From a virus (Duplodnaviria > Heunggongvirae > Uroviricota > Caudoviricetes): a stretch of 33,981 nucleotides of DNA. Position numbers and translations under genes: made by a program. Positions 8,757-18,301 of the stretch are shown piece after piece (position 1 is the stretch's first letter; every line of letters begins with the position of its first letter). The DNA lies in the IMG/VR virus record IMGVR_UViG_2563366983_000010. One strand, given 5' to 3'. The notes beneath the pieces are model-generated. The model worked only from the letters and a program-made list of their open reading frames with translations, was not told where the DNA came from and did not search any database.

Positions 8757-9817
8757 GTGGCCACCGCCTTTGTTTTCTTCGTCTTCGCTTTCATTTCCGG
8801 CATGTCCAGTGATTCAGGCGGAACCAGCGCCAGAACCGTCATCCGCCCCTGTGCGCCATCCGTCCAGGTCACCCCGGATATCAGCCAGGTGGTTTTCAGG
8901 TTCTGAATGCTGTCGTCGATATCGACAAGGCGATTGGTCTGCCACAGCGGGCCGCTGTCGCCCTGTTCGCGCCAGCCTGCCACCGTGATTTCCGTCGTGC
9001 GGGATTCCCCCAGCATCCGGGCTTTGTACCATTCCCCGCGAATGCTGGCCCCGCCCACGGTCAGGCTGTCTTCATTGACCAGAATGCGCGGGCGGTAACG
9101 GTTAATTTCCGGGTCTTCGGTGATGTACTGGCGACCGCCCACCATCGAGGCAGGCTGGCTGTCCCACAGTTTGCCACCGGCACTGGTGGTGCCTTTGATG
9201 ATGTACTGGCTGTTACGCTCCCGCCAGCTGAAGCGTCCACGGGCGGCGAGGATATTTTTCCCCAGCACCAGTGACACACCCGCGCGAACGGAAGAGGCGC
9301 GGGTGATAATCAGGTTACCTGCGCCGTCAGACGTCAGCAGAACGCCGCGCTGTTTTGCCAGCCGGTCGAGCAGTTCAAAACCCGTTTCACCCTGTTCCAG
9401 AACGACAGACGCAAACGCCTCCCCGGTCGGGGTTTCCGTAATGACGGTTATCCCGAACGGGCAGCAGACATCAGCCGCCACCTGTTCAAGCCGCACGCCT
9501 TTCCATTTCCCGGACGAATGCACCACAGAGCAGTCAACCAGGTCGCCGGTTTTGTCGCGCCCCATGACGCGAATCTCCACGTTATCTGCGTCATAGCTGG
9601 GGATAAAATCATCGATATACCCCGTCAGCACGGTATCCGCGCCCAGCCTGACCGTGCAGGGTTGCCCCTCACGAATCACGCGCGGTGCCGCCGCCGACCA
9701 GCGGGTTGTCACACTGAGATCAAACTCACCGGCAATCGCCTTCAGGGAACGGCTGATGGACATTTCCGTCCAGCCTTCCCACAATTTGCCGTCAACGGTA
9801 AGAATCACGGATTCCAT
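8747..9817 (-). CDS. Tail/baseplate hub protein (Mu P-like, gpD-like)
   Basis: 356 aa; start is ATGA-coupled to the upstream N-like gene. Confidence 0.6.
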   Translation of the reverse strand: MESVILTVDGKLWEGWTEMSISRSLKAIAGEFDLSVTTRWSAAAPRVIREGQPCTVRLGADTVLTGYIDDFIPSYDADNVEIRVMGRDKTGDLVDCSVVHSSGKWKGVRLEQVAADVCCPFGITVITETPTGEAFASVVLEQGETGFELLDRLAKQRGVLLTSDGAGNLIITRASSVRAGVSLVLGKNILAARGRFSWRERNSQYIIKGTTSAGGKLWDSQPASMVGGRQYITEDPEINRYRPRILVNEDSLTVGGASIRGEWYKARMLGESRTTEITVAGWREQGDSGPLWQTNRLVDIDDSIQNLKTTWLISGVTWTDGAQGRMTVLALVPPESLDMPEMKAKTKKTKAVATWD

Positions 9818-11091
9818 CAGTCGGTAATCTCCACAGGTTGCGTCGGCAGGATGAATGACGGATGGCGCAGGCGGTTACGCTGCACGATTTCATCCCGTCG
9901 GCTGGTGTCACCATGCTCGCGCCATGCCAGCAATGCGGCAGATGTGGTTGTGGTCAGCGTCACCTGCCGGGTTTCCGGCAGACGGGCGGCACGCTCGCGG
10001 GCATCCGTAATCACGGCCTGCCGTAAATCACGCAGCGTTCGCCACAATGCCCGCTGGTTATTTTCCACCGCTGCCACCGCCTGCTCATGCAGTTCAGCCG
10101 CCAGCGTGTCGCCGGCAGATAAGGCCGCATCACTGGTATCGAACGTCATCGAGGCCACGGCATTTGCCTGTCCCAGCAGGGTTTCCAGCACCACCACCTG
10201 GCGGAAGTCGTCAATGTTCTTCTGCAGGCTGTCAGATACCGGCTGATAATCCGGTGACAACCCGATAGCAAAGCCAATCTCGCCGTCTGCCACGCTGCCT
10301 GGCTTCACGGTGATATCTTCCGGCAGTGCGCCGGTGGCAACCTGTCGGGCGCGTTCTCCGGCCCACTGGTTGCGTAATGTCGTGTAAACCGCCAGTGCTT
10401 CGGGTGGTTCCGTCACCAGATCAACCACGCCGTCGATGAACGATGACAACTCACTGACCAGACGTCCCGGCGTGGCAATAATGGTTCCGGCCATCTCCTT
10501 AAAATGGTTCAGCCTGTCCATCCACTGATTCAGTGCTGCCGGTAACGTGGGCAGATTAGCCACAAGGTTTTCCATATCGGCCAGAAAGCTGTCGGCCATC
10601 TCACCCAGCCCGTCAAGTGCGCCGAACCAGTCGCCATCGTCAATGGCCGCTTTTACCGCATCAATGCCCGTCAGCACTTCCTGCTGCGTGTTATCCGCCG
10701 CAGACGGGAACAGGCGCTCGCCTGCCTCAAACACTTCAAAGGTGACATACGCAATGCCGTCTTCCTCCGTGCTGAGGCGATGGGTGACCTTGCCAACCTG
10801 TACGGTCTGTATCCCGAACCACGGGTGGATAAGCTCGCCGGGGCCGGGGGTATTGAGCGCGTCTAAAAGGGCGTTTAAATCATCCCGGAAGTTTTTACCT
10901 GGCAGCTTTGCGTTAATCTGCTGTTGCCCCGGAACGGCCCCGTTATCATCCGTCCAGGCGGTTTCGCGCCGGGGGTAAGCACGGGGAATAGCCCTGCGGC
11001 CACCGGTGCCTTCCGTATCCACCAGAAAGAAGGGGACGCCGCGAAACGAGGCATCGCGCAGCCCGTCCCATTTGCCTTTGCCTGTTGTCAT
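9817..11091 (-). CDS. Mu N-like tail protein (DNA circularisation protein family)
   Basis: 424 aa, directly downstream of the tape measure gene as in Mu. Confidence 0.6.
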   Translation of the reverse strand: MTTGKGKWDGLRDASFRGVPFFLVDTEGTGGRRAIPRAYPRRETAWTDDNGAVPGQQQINAKLPGKNFRDDLNALLDALNTPGPGELIHPWFGIQTVQVGKVTHRLSTEEDGIAYVTFEVFEAGERLFPSAADNTQQEVLTGIDAVKAAIDDGDWFGALDGLGEMADSFLADMENLVANLPTLPAALNQWMDRLNHFKEMAGTIIATPGRLVSELSSFIDGVVDLVTEPPEALAVYTTLRNQWAGERARQVATGALPEDITVKPGSVADGEIGFAIGLSPDYQPVSDSLQKNIDDFRQVVVLETLLGQANAVASMTFDTSDAALSAGDTLAAELHEQAVAAVENNQRALWRTLRDLRQAVITDARERAARLPETRQVTLTTTTSAALLAWREHGDTSRRDEIVQRNRLRHPSFILPTQPVEITD

Positions 11092-12938
11092 TACCCTTGC
11101 TCCACGCTGGTGACGCCAGCCTGCGCACTGAGTCTGACGCCGGGTTGATCCACTCTGACGCTTTTCACGCGGGCGTCACCTTCCACTACCACACGGATTT
11201 CCCCCTGCAATTGCTGCGGAAGGAAAGGATAATTCTGTGTGGGTTGCATACCTGCCCACGGTCGCGGGTCGGCAATGTTCTTGTCACCCAGCGAGTTGAA
11301 CCAGTCCGTTACCTTACGCCAGACGGACTCGAGCGCTTTCTGATTGTTCTGACTCTGTTGTGCGAACTCGCGCTCCCACGGGCTGGCGCTGGCATCACCG
11401 GCAACGGATTTAGTGAGACTGTCAACCTCACCCGGCAGGGCGTATTGCGTGGTCAGAAAATCGTAAAACTCCAGAGCACCGGCAATGATGCCAGCGCCTT
11501 TACCTGCCTTTCCTCCACGGTTACCCGGACCCCGAGGATTGCGGGGATTGCGCGATGAATCCGGCGCATCCGGCAGACCTCCGGTATTACCATTCATCCC
11601 GCCACTGCCCATATTAACCACATAAACCGGCATCACACCGGAGCCGAAAACATCTGTGATGCCACCGGGTATCCCTTTGCCTTTCCCTTTGGGATTCATG
11701 ATGTCGTGGATGGTTTTACCGAACTGATACGTCTTTCTGATGGCGATAATGCCTCCCAGCGCAATCGCCATATATTTACCGACCTGCAACCAGTTCTGGA
11801 CAGTGTTCTGGTCCACGCTGTTGAGCGCATCAGCCAGGTCCTGAACGGGCTTTGCCAGTTGCCCTTCAGCAAAACGTTGCCATTCGTTATTCAGTGACTG
11901 TATTGCGGCATTAAAGCCTTCGGCATTGGTCTGTGCGGCCTTTTGCGTGGAACCCAGCTCAATCGTGCCGTAAATCATTTGTTCCATCAGTTGCCGGTTT
12001 TCAGGGTTAAGCAGCGCCTTAATCCCCTGCATTCCGGTCAGATCAAACACATCCTGAAGTTTCAGCGGGTCGTATTTGGCCCGTTTAAGGATTTCCATCA
12101 TCAGCTCATAGGGCTTTTTGATGTCTTTTGTGCCTTTGACAAAAACGTCAATGCCGTTTTTTTTCAGGAACTCGATGTTCTTTTTGTCCGACAGGGAAGC
12201 ATACATGGCCTGAATACTGGTTACCGTCTCATCAATGCTACCTTTGTTTTTGGCGAACACCTGAGCAAATGCCCCCATCTGGGCAATGGCTTCCGGTCCC
12301 TGATCCTGAATGATGGAAAACAGTTTCGGGGCAGCGCGGGCAACATCGGCAACGCTCACAGACCCCACTGCGAACTGTGAATACAGCCTGTCCATCATGT
12401 TACTGACCGCATCAGCGCCCCGGACGTTTTTTTCCCAGAATTGCGCCATCAGCCCGGCAGCAACCTGTCCGTCAACACCAAACGCCTGCATTACCAGTCC
12501 CATGTTGCGAAGATTATCCACCACATACTGATAATCACCTGTTTTCCCCAGAAGTTCGCTGGCCCCCTGACCAAGCGCAGAGGCATCAATACGAATATCT
12601 TTCTGGTTCGACACATCCCTGATTTTGTCGTGAAGCGTCTTTACCTGTTCAGTGGTTAACTGGGCATCCGTACCCATCCGGCGCATCTGCGCATCAAAAT
12701 CGGCAACCTGTTTGATGGTAAGGCTACTGCCAAGCCCGGCAATCATCGCCGTGTAGCGGTTACCCAGCGTGTCAAGGCCACGCGTGGCGGCCTCCGTTGT
12801 GGCTTTGACAAGGCGCATGGCCTTCTGATGGTTCCGGGCGAACTGCGACATGTTTGCGCCGTACTGCCGGGCTTTGGCGGTCAGGTTCCCGGCAAGGTTG
12901 ATCATGATTTCCGTGCTGAGACGGTTACCTGTTGCCAT
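11091..12938 (-). CDS. Tail tape measure protein
   Basis: 615 aa; helical N-terminal two-thirds, Gly-rich low-complexity segment (GSGGMNGNTGGLPD...GPGNRGGKAGKGAG); lies between the chaperone and baseplate genes. Confidence 0.8.
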   Translation of the reverse strand: MATGNRLSTEIMINLAGNLTAKARQYGANMSQFARNHQKAMRLVKATTEAATRGLDTLGNRYTAMIAGLGSSLTIKQVADFDAQMRRMGTDAQLTTEQVKTLHDKIRDVSNQKDIRIDASALGQGASELLGKTGDYQYVVDNLRNMGLVMQAFGVDGQVAAGLMAQFWEKNVRGADAVSNMMDRLYSQFAVGSVSVADVARAAPKLFSIIQDQGPEAIAQMGAFAQVFAKNKGSIDETVTSIQAMYASLSDKKNIEFLKKNGIDVFVKGTKDIKKPYELMMEILKRAKYDPLKLQDVFDLTGMQGIKALLNPENRQLMEQMIYGTIELGSTQKAAQTNAEGFNAAIQSLNNEWQRFAEGQLAKPVQDLADALNSVDQNTVQNWLQVGKYMAIALGGIIAIRKTYQFGKTIHDIMNPKGKGKGIPGGITDVFGSGVMPVYVVNMGSGGMNGNTGGLPDAPDSSRNPRNPRGPGNRGGKAGKGAGIIAGALEFYDFLTTQYALPGEVDSLTKSVAGDASASPWEREFAQQSQNNQKALESVWRKVTDWFNSLGDKNIADPRPWAGMQPTQNYPFLPQQLQGEIRVVVEGDARVKSVRVDQPGVRLSAQAGVTSVEQG

Positions 12939-12965
12939 GCTGTTTCTCCAGTTGCTTTATCAGGC

Positions 12966-12994
12966 GGAACAGCTGCCGCAGGGGCAGCTGTTCC
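12966..12994 (-). repeat. Perfect 12-bp-stem inverted repeat in the chaperone to tape-measure intergenic gap
   Basis: GGAACAGCTGCC-GCAGG-GGCAGCTGTTCC, sitting 28 nt upstream of the tape measure ATG. Confidence 0.5.
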
Positions 12995-13024
12995 AGGTAC
13001 TGAATACTGAATCGCTGAGACAGG

Positions 13025-13420
13025 TTAACCAGCAGGTTCATCAGTGCCGCCGCCAGCGGCATCAGTTCGCCCCCGCGTTGCTACCTCCTCAAGCATGTCA
13101 TCCAGCGCAGCAGCTTTCGTGCTGATAAGCTCAAGGTCTGCCGGGTGGAGCATTCGCAGCTGTCTCATGTCCAGCGGGCCGGGAATGCTGCCGATGGCCG
13201 CAACCTGACGGCGCATCATCTCCAGCCCCATCAGCACTTCCGAGCAGTAAGCCACCGCCTTTCCGTTCCCGCCCATGACGACGCGTTCTGCGGCCAGTTG
13301 CGCATCAATCACGTCACTGGCGGTCAGTTCGCGCAGCTTCACGGTTTTATGCAGGGTTTCATCTGCCGTGCCTTTGCCGGTCAGAAGCCCGTGTTTCAGT
13401 TCAAATTCCATTGCGGCCAT
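13025..13420 (-). CDS. Tail assembly chaperone-like protein (Mu gp41-like)
   Basis: 131 aa, located between the tail tube and tape measure genes. Confidence 0.55.
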   Translation of the reverse strand: MAAMEFELKHGLLTGKGTADETLHKTVKLRELTASDVIDAQLAAERVVMGGNGKAVAYCSEVLMGLEMMRRQVAAIGSIPGPLDMRQLRMLHPADLELISTKAAALDDMLEEVATRGRTDAAGGGTDEPAG

Positions 13421-13421
13421 G

Positions 13422-13778
13422 TCACACCTTCACGCATTTTTCACCGATAAAGTTCGCACTGATGGTGCCGGAATCCTCGTCCAGCTCCGCCGGGTTATCC
13501 GTGGCTGAACCCGTCATCATGTAGTTCAGGCCGTTGTCGCCGTAGAACATCACCGTGACGTCTTCCCAGCTGCTGATTTCAATCACGTCCATATCCGCTG
13601 CTGCCGCAATGGTCACCTTGATGGACGGCGAGGCCATCTTGCTGGAGATGCCCCAGACCTTGCCGCCGCCCATATGCTGGGTGCGGCTGAAGCCGCCCAG
13701 ATTCAGTATGGATTTCCCCTCGGTTTTAATTTCGCGGCCATTCACGCGAATGGTCGCCATGCCAAGAATTTTTGCCAT
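13422..13778 (-). CDS. Tail tube protein (Mu M-like)
   Basis: 118 aa, immediately downstream of the sheath gene. Confidence 0.7.
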   Translation of the reverse strand: MAKILGMATIRVNGREIKTEGKSILNLGGFSRTQHMGGGKVWGISSKMASPSIKVTIAAAADMDVIEISSWEDVTVMFYGDNGLNYMMTGSATDNPAELDEDSGTISANFIGEKCVKV

Positions 13779-13787
13779 GCGGTCCCC

Positions 13788-15263
13788 TTAAAGTTTGAAC
13801 TGAATCAGGCCTGCCAGCACACGCAGCTGGTTCACCAGATTCGGGTGGCAGATAAAGTTCAGGCGGTTTTTATCGCTGCTGTCGCGTGTCACCTGAAGCG
13901 TGTCCCTGTAATCGCTGAAGTTCTCCACAAGGCCTGCCGGGAGAAGTTCGGTCTGGCAGATATCCAGCAGCTCTGCGGTGCACAGCTTCGGCGTCATCAC
14001 CGGCTGACCGGCATCCAGTGAGTCCAGCACGTCATCATCCGCCAGCTTGTGGCGCGGATAACGGTTCGTGAAACGGTTTTTGATGATGTAGCGGATACGG
14101 CCCAGCGTGGCGGGTGACTGCACATCCAGGTACGACACATCCGCATCACCGTACTGATTAACCCGGTACATGGTGATTTCACGCTCGATGCAGACGTTAT
14201 CCCCGGCGTCCACCATGTGCGTGGCAATGCCGTCATGCAGCAGCAGATTACGCTCCGGCATATCCCAGCGAACATTACGCGCAGGCGGCAGAATGCCGGT
14301 CAGAACCAGCGTCTGAAGCGGACGCGCCGGGTCAATGGCAAGGTGATACGCTGCCGTTGCGCCGTATGACGCGGCCCACATCCACGCCGGGTGCGGTGAC
14401 AGGTTGGTGCCGATACAGCTAATCAGCCAGTCATTGCGGGTTTCACCAAACGTGCCGGTTTCCCCGTGTGTGCCACGAAACGCCGTCCACAACTGCGCCT
14501 CCATCATTTTGAGCGGCCCCCAGCGATTCAGCAGTTCATCACGCAGGGTGTTCAGGCTTTTCGTGTCGGTAAACGGGGCGATGATATCGGTAAACCACTC
14601 CGGGCCGATGGCCGCAACGGCATCCGCCATTTCCGGTGTCCCGGTGCCGCCGGTAAACGCAGTAGCGGTCACCTTCACACCTGCCGGGAAGGCTTCACCG
14701 GTGTAGTAGTTCAGGCGAACGTCGGCACCGTTGCCGGTGACGCCGTGCCAGTTCACGGTCAGCTCCACGGTATCCGTGGCATCATCCTTCACCGCAGCGG
14801 CCACCTGCGTGGCAGGCTTTTTCGTCACCGCATCAGCAATGGCTTTTGCAATGTTTTCCTTCGTAGCCCCGGCGCTCACGCTCACCTGAACGGACACACC
14901 GTTAATCAGCAGTGCCACCGTTCCGGCTTCAGTCGCTGTACCCAGCACGGTCAGCGTGGCTTTTGCGGCAGCGCCTTCAGGCGCGGCAACCGGCATTGCC
15001 CAGGTTTCCGTGTACGTGTTGGCACGACGCAGCATTTTGAGCATTTCAGCCAGCATCGACCCTTTGCCATAAAGCTGGTCTGCCTGGCTGTCACTGGTGA
15101 TGCGGGTCAGTGACAGGGCGTCTGCGCTGCCGGACGATACCGCATGGCCCATGACCAGAATTTTTCGGCTTTGCGCGGATGCACCCTCCAGCGCCTGTGA
15201 ATTGTCGATATCGATCCAGACAAGCGGGACGCGGATATCATCAGGAATTGAACCCAGCGACAT
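13788..15263 (-). CDS. Contractile tail sheath protein (Mu L-like)
   Basis: 491 aa; size and position fit the sheath family. Confidence 0.8.
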   Translation of the reverse strand: MSLGSIPDDIRVPLVWIDIDNSQALEGASAQSRKILVMGHAVSSGSADALSLTRITSDSQADQLYGKGSMLAEMLKMLRRANTYTETWAMPVAAPEGAAAKATLTVLGTATEAGTVALLINGVSVQVSVSAGATKENIAKAIADAVTKKPATQVAAAVKDDATDTVELTVNWHGVTGNGADVRLNYYTGEAFPAGVKVTATAFTGGTGTPEMADAVAAIGPEWFTDIIAPFTDTKSLNTLRDELLNRWGPLKMMEAQLWTAFRGTHGETGTFGETRNDWLISCIGTNLSPHPAWMWAASYGATAAYHLAIDPARPLQTLVLTGILPPARNVRWDMPERNLLLHDGIATHMVDAGDNVCIEREITMYRVNQYGDADVSYLDVQSPATLGRIRYIIKNRFTNRYPRHKLADDDVLDSLDAGQPVMTPKLCTAELLDICQTELLPAGLVENFSDYRDTLQVTRDSSDKNRLNFICHPNLVNQLRVLAGLIQFKL

Positions 15264-15463
15264 TATTTTTTCCCTCTGGTTTTGTTGCTATTTTTCGGAA
15301 GCGCGGTTATTTCCACATCTCCTTCGGCTTCACGGCGCAGCCAGTAAGCGCAGACGTCGAGACGTTCCCCTTCCGGGGATAAATGCGCGCCATCCGGTTT
15401 ACGGACACGGACGTTTTCCCGCGCTGGCTTAATCAGTTTCTGTTCCATCGTCACCCCGTACAT
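15263..15463 (-). CDS. Small tail-region protein (Mu gp38-like)
   Basis: 66 aa basic ORF, ATGA-coupled to the sheath gene. Confidence 0.4.
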   Translation of the reverse strand: MYGVTMEQKLIKPARENVRVRKPDGAHLSPEGERLDVCAYWLRREAEGDVEITALPKNSNKTRGKK

Positions 15464-16040
15464 GGATCACGTCGTTAATCTCAGTATGTTCACCGCTACG
15501 CAGCGTTGCCCCGAGGCGCAGGAAGTCCGGGAGCGCGGCGAGATCAATCTCTTCATCCAGCTGAAATTCCTGCTCCCACGTCACCGCCCACATGGTGACG
15601 CCCAGCCCGTCGAGGCTGGCGGAGTAAATGTTGTCTGCCCGCACATCAGCAGCCATGCGTTCAGCCCCCATGCCCCCGGTGGCATCCGACGACAACAGGC
15701 GTTTGATCACCTTCCCGGCCAGCACTTCACAGCGCACGTCGCGGGAGTACCCCCACGAATCCGTCGCCATGATGTAAGCCACCCAGGTAACCAGACCGGA
15801 CAGCCCGCCGCGCGGGTTGATATCCCGGACACGCAGGGCAGCTACCCGGATACAGCCGGTGCGACCGGACAGATAGCGTTTGACTTCCTCCGGGCTGTTG
15901 AACTGGCCGATGTGACGCTCCACCACGTCAGCCCGGTCAGGGGTTTTCCCCTGAAGTGCTGTTTTCAGCCAGGCCACAATGCGCTCTGCGGCCGCAACGG
16001 TGCTCCCCGGTGTGCGCAGTTCAGGGCGTTGTTCTGTCAT
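15429..16040 (-). CDS. Tail completion / virion protein (Mu gp37-like)
   Basis: 203 aa; position only. Confidence 0.5.
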   Translation of the reverse strand: MTEQRPELRTPGSTVAAAERIVAWLKTALQGKTPDRADVVERHIGQFNSPEEVKRYLSGRTGCIRVAALRVRDINPRGGLSGLVTWVAYIMATDSWGYSRDVRCEVLAGKVIKRLLSSDATGGMGAERMAADVRADNIYSASLDGLGVTMWAVTWEQEFQLDEEIDLAALPDFLRLGATLRSGEHTEINDVIHVRGDDGTETD

Positions 16041-16582
16041 GGCAGAACCTCCTTCCAGAAATGACTGATAACCTGTTGCAGCTCCTGCTGGTTGGCAGAA
16101 GACAGCCCCAGAAATTCACGTTGCGGAATGTTCATCATGCGGTTATGTGCGCCGACGGTCTGCCAGACCGGATATTTCAGCGCCCGCCCGAAACACTGCG
16201 AGATAAGCCGTTTGTGGGCGCTGACCGGCACACTGCCGGAAAAGCCGTCATTCATGATGCGGGCATAATCCAGCGGTGAACCGATACGCACCACGCGGTT
16301 TTCCACGATGTACTGGATACTCTCCAGCAGATGGCCTTCACCACGCAGCAGACTCTGGTTGCCGTGGCGGGTCTTTTTGTACCCGTCAGACCAGTCCGGC
16401 CAGCGTTCGCCACCCGGACTGGTTTTCTCATCAATGATGCGGCGGCGGGTCTGTGATTCCACCACCGCACCGATGCTCTCCAGCAGCTCTGCCTGCAATG
16501 AACCATCTGCCAGCTTTTCAACGGCACGGCGGATATCCTCCAGCCGCTGGTCACCGCTGACCTGTACAGAAATCCCCATCAC
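16037..16582 (-). CDS. Virion morphogenesis protein (Mu G-like)
   Basis: 181 aa; position only. Confidence 0.55.
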   Translation of the reverse strand: MMGISVQVSGDQRLEDIRRAVEKLADGSLQAELLESIGAVVESQTRRRIIDEKTSPGGERWPDWSDGYKKTRHGNQSLLRGEGHLLESIQYIVENRVVRIGSPLDYARIMNDGFSGSVPVSAHKRLISQCFGRALKYPVWQTVGAHNRMMNIPQREFLGLSSANQQELQQVISHFWKEVLP

Positions 16583-17016
16583 AGCACCCCTTTCAGGTTG
16601 TTACGGGTGAACAGCCGGGCATTGGCACCCACCACAATGATCTTCCCGTGGTCGGTTTCTGCCGGGGTGGCATACGTCGGCAGACCCAGGTCACGGGTGC
16701 CGTTCGCCATCTCACGCAGGGTTTTAATGGCGTCGTCGTAGCGTTTCTGGATCAGCTCCGTGATTTGATTGTCACGCTCTGACAACCAGTAAAACGCCAG
16801 CGATACCGCCACGCGTTGCAGCGGGCGCGGGATTTCCGTCACCCCCAGCGGCAGCTGGTAGCGGCGGGACAGAAACGAATCAATTTCCGCTTCGGCATCA
16901 CTGATGGCCTGACGGATTTTGTCTTCATCCAGTTCGTTGGTTTCCCGGTTAATCGCCATGTTCCAGACAAGATTGCCGTCCGCGCGTAACAGGTCTTCCT
17001 GCGTGATATACCCCAT
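16579..17016 (-). CDS. Head completion / connector-like protein (Mu gp36-like)
   Basis: 145 aa; position only. Confidence 0.5.
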   Translation of the reverse strand: MGYITQEDLLRADGNLVWNMAINRETNELDEDKIRQAISDAEAEIDSFLSRRYQLPLGVTEIPRPLQRVAVSLAFYWLSERDNQITELIQKRYDDAIKTLREMANGTRDLGLPTYATPAETDHGKIIVVGANARLFTRNNLKGVL

Positions 17017-17327
17017 CAGCCTTTCTCCGCTTCCCGGACAATCAGATTCGGCTCTGCCATCAGGCGGGTGGCAACCGCAGCGCTCACCGCCACATCCTCA
17101 CCGGCATGTGACCAGAAACGACCACAGCGCCAGAACCCGTTTTCAGACACGGCCCGGACGTTCAGCCGGACAGGGGCGTCCCCCTGTACAACAGCCGGGT
17201 CTTCAGCCGGACGTGGTTCATTCGCCTGACCGTCAGCCACAATAACGTCTGCCAGCGGTGCCGGGTTTTCCTGTGCTGCGCTGTTCTTTGCGGCTTTCGC
17301 GCCTTTGGTTCCTGCTTTTTCACTCAT
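17016..17327 (-). CDS. Small Ala/Pro-rich head-region protein, unknown function
   Basis: 103 aa directly after the major capsid gene; its RBS lies inside a hairpin at 17332-17349. Confidence 0.45.
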   Translation of the reverse strand: MSEKAGTKGAKAAKNSAAQENPAPLADVIVADGQANEPRPAEDPAVVQGDAPVRLNVRAVSENGFWRCGRFWSHAGEDVAVSAAVATRLMAEPNLIVREAEKG

Positions 17328-17398
17328 GACTCTGCCTTTTGAAAGGCAGTTAAAAGGGCATTCACAACGCCTTTTAACTGCAATTTACGGATGACGGG

Positions 17399-18301
17399 TT
17401 ATGCCGGGGTGGTGATGAACGGACTGACCACGATGTCCACATCCTTGTACCAGATGTTGGAATCGCCGCCGTTTACCAGCATGGCGTCAATGATGCGCTT
17501 CGCAGCCGCGCGATTTTTCGGTCCCACCACAAGGGTGGTCGGGCGGATGCCCAGCGGTTCACCGTTGGTGGCCTTCATACCCAGCAGCAGATTACTGGCG
17601 CTCTCGTAGTTCTCCGCTGTCAGTGCCGCACGGGAACCGACGGCGGTTTGCCAGAAGCCGAATCCTGCATTACAGCGACCGTCCACCCCGTACAGGAACT
17701 CGTTATTCTTGAAGGTGTGCTCGCTGTTCAGATCGTCCAGGGCTTCAAACTTAAAGGCGCGTCGCGTCTGCCAGATGATGGGTTTCAGTACCTGAGAATC
17801 ATCAATCAGAAACCACGGTTCCCCCTGGTCTGATGCCGGGGTGCCGACAACGTTGCTGTATGTGCCGTCGCCCAGCGGGTGGTCTTCATCAAAGAAGTTC
17901 TGACCGTCAAAACACAGGGTGTTAAACCCGGCACACAGCAGGGGGTAACACAGCTTGTCCGGGAACTCTGACGTCTGGCGGCCATAGCGTTCAGCGATAA
18001 TGCTGTACTGACCAATCTGATCGTCTTCAATGTGTTCGCGTTTAACGCGGATCGAACTTTCCCAGGTTTTGTTCGCAAGGGTGTAACCATAACCGTCCAG
18101 CGTTGCCATCTGACGGGCGCTGACCCATTCTTTAATCTCCGGTAAATCTTTCATCCAGCCGTAGGTATTGGAAGCGGACGAACTCGGGATTTCAGAGGCG
18201 ATGCGCTGCCACTGTGGGGTAACACCACTCAGACCACGGGTATAAGCGGCGCTCAGGCAGGTGGTCAGCGCGTGAAGGACTTCGGAAGTGACTGCTCCCA
18301 T
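17399..18301 (-). CDS. Major capsid protein (Mu T-like)
   Basis: 300 aa, immediately downstream of the protease/scaffold gene (ATGA overlap). Confidence 0.8.
   Translation of the reverse strand: MGAVTSEVLHALTTCLSAAYTRGLSGVTPQWQRIASEIPSSSASNTYGWMKDLPEIKEWVSARQMATLDGYGYTLANKTWESSIRVKREHIEDDQIGQYSIIAERYGRQTSEFPDKLCYPLLCAGFNTLCFDGQNFFDEDHPLGDGTYSNVVGTPASDQGEPWFLIDDSQVLKPIIWQTRRAFKFEALDDLNSEHTFKNNEFLYGVDGRCNAGFGFWQTAVGSRAALTAENYESASNLLLGMKATNGEPLGIRPTTLVVGPKNRAAAKRIIDAMLVNGGDSNIWYKDVDIVVSPFITTPA

Noticed and set aside
9518-10246. Plus-strand ORF of 242 aa spanning the P/N gene boundary on the opposite strand
   Set aside because: Antisense to two translationally coupled tail genes; Arg/Ser/Ala-rich low-complexity translation.
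12939-13024. Programmed translational frameshift extending the tail assembly chaperone, as in lambda G/GT or P2 E/E'
   Set aside because: No canonical slippery heptamer near the chaperone 3' end, and both alternative frames stop after 25-38 codons; the gap is better explained by a regulatory hairpin.
14466-15113. Plus-strand ORF of 215 aa antisense to the tail sheath gene
   Set aside because: Antisense artefact inside a conserved structural gene; no independent support.
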